DNA of 64,000 nucleotides from Candidatus Micrarchaeia archaeon (GTDB taxonomy: Archaea > Micrarchaeota > Micrarchaeia > Anstonellales > Anstonellaceae). This document shows, piece by piece, positions 61,830 to 64,000 of this stretch (position 1 is its first letter; each line of letters starts with the position of its first letter). The position numbers and the translations under genes are program-made. The notes beneath the pieces were generated by a model that was not told the DNA's origin, made no database searches, and saw nothing but the letters and a program-made list of their open reading frames with translations. Location: positions 4,279-68,278 of the forward strand of contig JBAZYD010000009.1 of assembly GCA_041659465.1 (NCBI GenBank), given 5' to 3'.

Positions 61830-63236
61830 ATGGCTGGAAAAACATCCAAGAAAGTGAGGAACCTGGATTCCGTCTTCAATCCCAAAAGCATTGCCGTCAT
61901 CGGCGCAAGCCGCGAGCCCAATAAAATCGGGCACGTCATCGTGAAGAACTTCGTGGACGGAGGCTTCGGCGGGAAAGTGTACCCGATAAACCCCACTGCA
62001 GATTCCATACTGGGCCTGAAGGCCTACAAGAGCGTGCTTGACATCAAGGGGAATGTGGACACCGCGGTGATTGCGGTTCCTGCCGCGGCAGTGGCAGGCG
62101 TGCTTTTGGAGTGCGGGAAAAAGGGCGTGCCAAGCGTGGTGCTCATCACAGGCGGCTTTGCAGAGGTAGGGAATGTGGAGGGCGAGAGGGAGATAGCCGC
62201 GATTGCCGAGAAGTACAATATTGCGCTCATAGGCCCCAACTGCATGGGCGTGCTCACGCCTGCAACGCGCGTGGACTCGGTGTTCCTGCCCATTTACAAG
62301 CTGGGCAGGCCGCGAGTAGGGAAAATAGCGTTCATATCGCAGTCAGGCGCAGTGGGCGGCTGCATAGTTGACCTTGCCGCGCGCGCAGGCATAGGCATGA
62401 GCAAGTTCGTCTCATACGGCAACGCGGCTGTGATAAACGAGTGCGACCTGCTTGAGTACCTCGCGGACGACCCTGAGACGGACATCATCGTTGTTTACCT
62501 GGAGGGCGTGAAGGACGGCAGGCGGTTTTTGGAAGTCGCAAGGAAGATTACCCCGAAAAAGCCCATTGTTGCGATAAAGGCGGGAAAGAGCGCGGCGGGC
62601 GCAGAGGCGGCGAAGTCGCACACAGGCTCGCTTGCAGGCTCGGCAGAGGCGTACAGGGCGGCGTTTAAGCAGGCGCGCGTCATCGAGGCTGACACGCTGG
62701 ACCAGCTGTTCGAGTTTGCGAAGATTTTCGACCAGCCGCTGCCGCGCGGCAACAGGGTGGGCATAATCACGAACGGAGGCGGCATGGGCGTGCTTGCCAC
62801 CGACTCGCTGGAATACGAGAAGCTCAAGCTTGCAAAGCTATCTGACGGGACAAACAGCCTGCTCAGGCTTTCGCTCCCAGCGTATGCGAACGTGAGGAAC
62901 CCGCTGGACATTGTGGGGGACGCGGACTCGCACAGGTACGAGGTTGCGTTAAACGCCATGATGAAGGACGACAATGTGGACATCATACTGCTCATCATAC
63001 TTTTCCAGACAGCGGCGATTGACTCGGGAGTGGTGAACGTCGCCATACGCGCGTCCGACCTTGGGAAAAAGCCCATAATCGCAGTCTGCACGGGTGGGGA
63101 ATACACCGAGATGCACCAGAGGATACTGGAAAGCTACGGAGTGCCCACCTACGACTCGCCCTCGTCGGCCATGCGCTCGATTGCGCGCATCGCGGAGTAT
63201 GCCGCGCACAGGGCGGAAAACACCAAGAAAAAATAG
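61830..63236 (+). CDS. acdA: Acetyl-CoA synthetase (ADP-forming), alpha (CoA-binding/ligase) subunit
   Basis: ..LDSVFNPKSIAVIGASREPNKIGH.I..N...GGF.GKVYPINP.., ..SHTGSLAGS. An alternative coupled start is ATG 61743, overlapping the beta stop. Confidence 0.85.
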   Translation: MAGKTSKKVRNLDSVFNPKSIAVIGASREPNKIGHVIVKNFVDGGFGGKVYPINPTADSILGLKAYKSVLDIKGNVDTAVIAVPAAAVAGVLLECGKKGVPSVVLITGGFAEVGNVEGEREIAAIAEKYNIALIGPNCMGVLTPATRVDSVFLPIYKLGRPRVGKIAFISQSGAVGGCIVDLAARAGIGMSKFVSYGNAAVINECDLLEYLADDPETDIIVVYLEGVKDGRRFLEVARKITPKKPIVAIKAGKSAAGAEAAKSHTGSLAGSAEAYRAAFKQARVIEADTLDQLFEFAKIFDQPLPRGNRVGIITNGGGMGVLATDSLEYEKLKLAKLSDGTNSLLRLSLPAYANVRNPLDIVGDADSHRYEVALNAMMKDDNVDIILLIILFQTAAIDSGVVNVAIRASDLGKKPIIAVCTGGEYTEMHQRILESYGVPTYDSPSSAMRSIARIAEYAAHRAENTKKK

Positions 63237-63240
63237 AACG

Positions 63241-64000
63241 CTATTTCTTTTTCCGCATGAAGAGGTATCCCCCTATTGCAGCAAGCACGAGGAACACTCC
63301 GCCCCCAATTATCGCGAGTGAAATGGCTGGAGGGGCAATTTCCTTGGCTGCTGGCGGAAATTCAATGGAAACCGCTTGCCCTATGCCGGGCGCGGATTGG
63401 GGCGCGGCAGGCTTTGCCTGGGCAAGCTCATTTGCCTTCTTTGCAAGCTCAAGCGCCTGCGCATAGTTTCCGGAATTGTATTCCAGCAATGCCTGCGCAA
63501 GTGCGCCGGAAGCTGCAGATGTGTCTGCGCCTTTTGCAGATGCCTGCTCAAGCGCCGCCCGTGCCGAGGCTAGCGCGCCGAATGCCTGCTTTTCAAGCGC
63601 TGTTTGGTTGATGGCAGGAAGCCCGGATTGGTTTGCCTGCGGCAAAGTGGCGTTTGCCTGAAGGGCAGGAGTGGGCGGTTGCTGCTGTGTTTGGTTGGCT
63701 GGCGGCTGGAGTTGGCCATTGTTGCAGAAAGCAAGCGAAAATGCGCCAAGATATGCCTGCGAGTAGGCAGAGGTTTGCGCGCTTTCCGCTGAATACCTGC
63801 CGCTGTTTGCTATTGCGAATGACGCGATGCCGGATGAGCCGGTGGTGGCGGAGGAGAGGTACCCTGCCTTTGCCGGGTCTTTGAGGCGCACGGATAGCCC
63901 GCTGACCGGGGAGCCTCCTGTCTTTGCAGATATTGCAAGCAAGCCCGAAGTGCAGTTGAAGGAATAAACAAGCTGCGGCGTGATTTGGCTTGAGCCTCCG
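63241..64000 (-). CDS. Secreted protein with C-terminal TM anchor; 5' end runs off the window
   Basis: The frame stays open upstream of the TTG at 63942 to the window edge. Gln/Pro/Ala-rich linker. C-terminal ISLAIIGGGVFLVLAAIGGYLFMRKKK. Confidence 0.6.
   Translation of the reverse strand, partial: GGSSQITPQLVYSFNCTSGLLAISAKTGGSPVSGLSVRLKDPAKAGYLSSATTGSSGIASFAIANSGRYSAESAQTSAYSQAYLGAFSLAFCNNGQLQPPANQTQQQPPTPALQANATLPQANQSGLPAINQTALEKQAFGALASARAALEQASAKGADTSAASGALAQALLEYNSGNYAQALELAKKANELAQAKPAAPQSAPGIGQAVSIEFPPAAKEIAPPAISLAIIGGGVFLVLAAIGGYLFMRKKK

Noticed and set aside
1-64000. Search for rRNA genes, further tRNAs, CRISPR arrays and IS elements in all intergenic gaps.
   Set aside because: By-eye inspection of intergenic gaps found nothing beyond tRNA-Arg(CCG) and its degenerate copy. 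The scan was not exhaustive, and small ncRNAs cannot be excluded without computational scans.

Overview
G+C-rich, almost fully coding archaeal chromosomal segment with about 70 protein genes and one tRNA. I found no rRNA, no CRISPR array and no recognisable integrase or transposase. Archaeal hallmarks: ribosomal proteins L1/P0/P1 and L10e, archaeal-type riboflavin synthase, class I LysRS, membrane-inserted LonB, a beta-CASP RNase, ADP-forming acetyl-CoA synthetase, and the AcnX/UbiD/UbiX/IPK mevalonate route. The lineage cannot be assigned from sequence alone. GGTGAT/GGAGG ribosome-binding sites are frequent.

Gene blocks, in order:
- 1-3114: riboflavin operon ribA-ribB-ribC-ribH-ribD.
- 3.2-8.6 kb: wHTH regulator plus membrane protein, a secreted protein, and an ABC exporter operon (ATPase, CARDB/S-layer-like protein, MacB-type permease).
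- 8.7-11.8 kb: membrane proteins and a stomatin.
- 11.9-18.8 kb: mevalonate-pathway cluster with an embedded unknown Cys-rich gene.
- 18.8-28.4 kb: accessory stretch of hypothetical genes, VapBC and a giant GNAT fusion protein.
- 28.4-34.3 kb: P1/P0/L1 and L10e, interrupted by an HExxH protein and a wHTH/coiled-coil/basic-tail protein.
- 34.4-38.5 kb: ogt, a methyltransferase, lysK, dnaJ.
- 39.4-45.2 kb: copper island (CopA, CopZ, two cupredoxin-like proteins, an HMA membrane protein, a membrane-anchored regulator).
- 47.1-50.5 kb: wHTH-grpE-orf111-dnaK operon.
- 51.5 kb onward: LonB, tRNA-Arg(CCG), a 2-hydroxyacid dehydrogenase, a paralogous gene pair, an aCPSF-like RNase, and acetyl-CoA synthetase.

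Most interesting observations:
1. A nest of covarying multi-hairpin units that reuse the acceptor end of tRNA-Arg (55535-55841), with a further member at 50645-50733 and a degenerate tRNA copy upstream.
2. A 24-nt element, identical at 22/24 positions, upstream of both dnaJ and the wHTH-grpE-dnaK operon. It is a candidate heat-shock operator.
3. An uncharacterised Cys-rich 529-aa gene translationally coupled inside the mevalonate operon.
4. Duplication of the IPK 3' end, with mostly synonymous divergence, flanking an A+T-richer insert.
5. Several shared operator or promoter blocks and an array of AAATTTC-type hairpins upstream of lon.

All functional calls rest on motif and family recognition by eye. 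No database search was possible.
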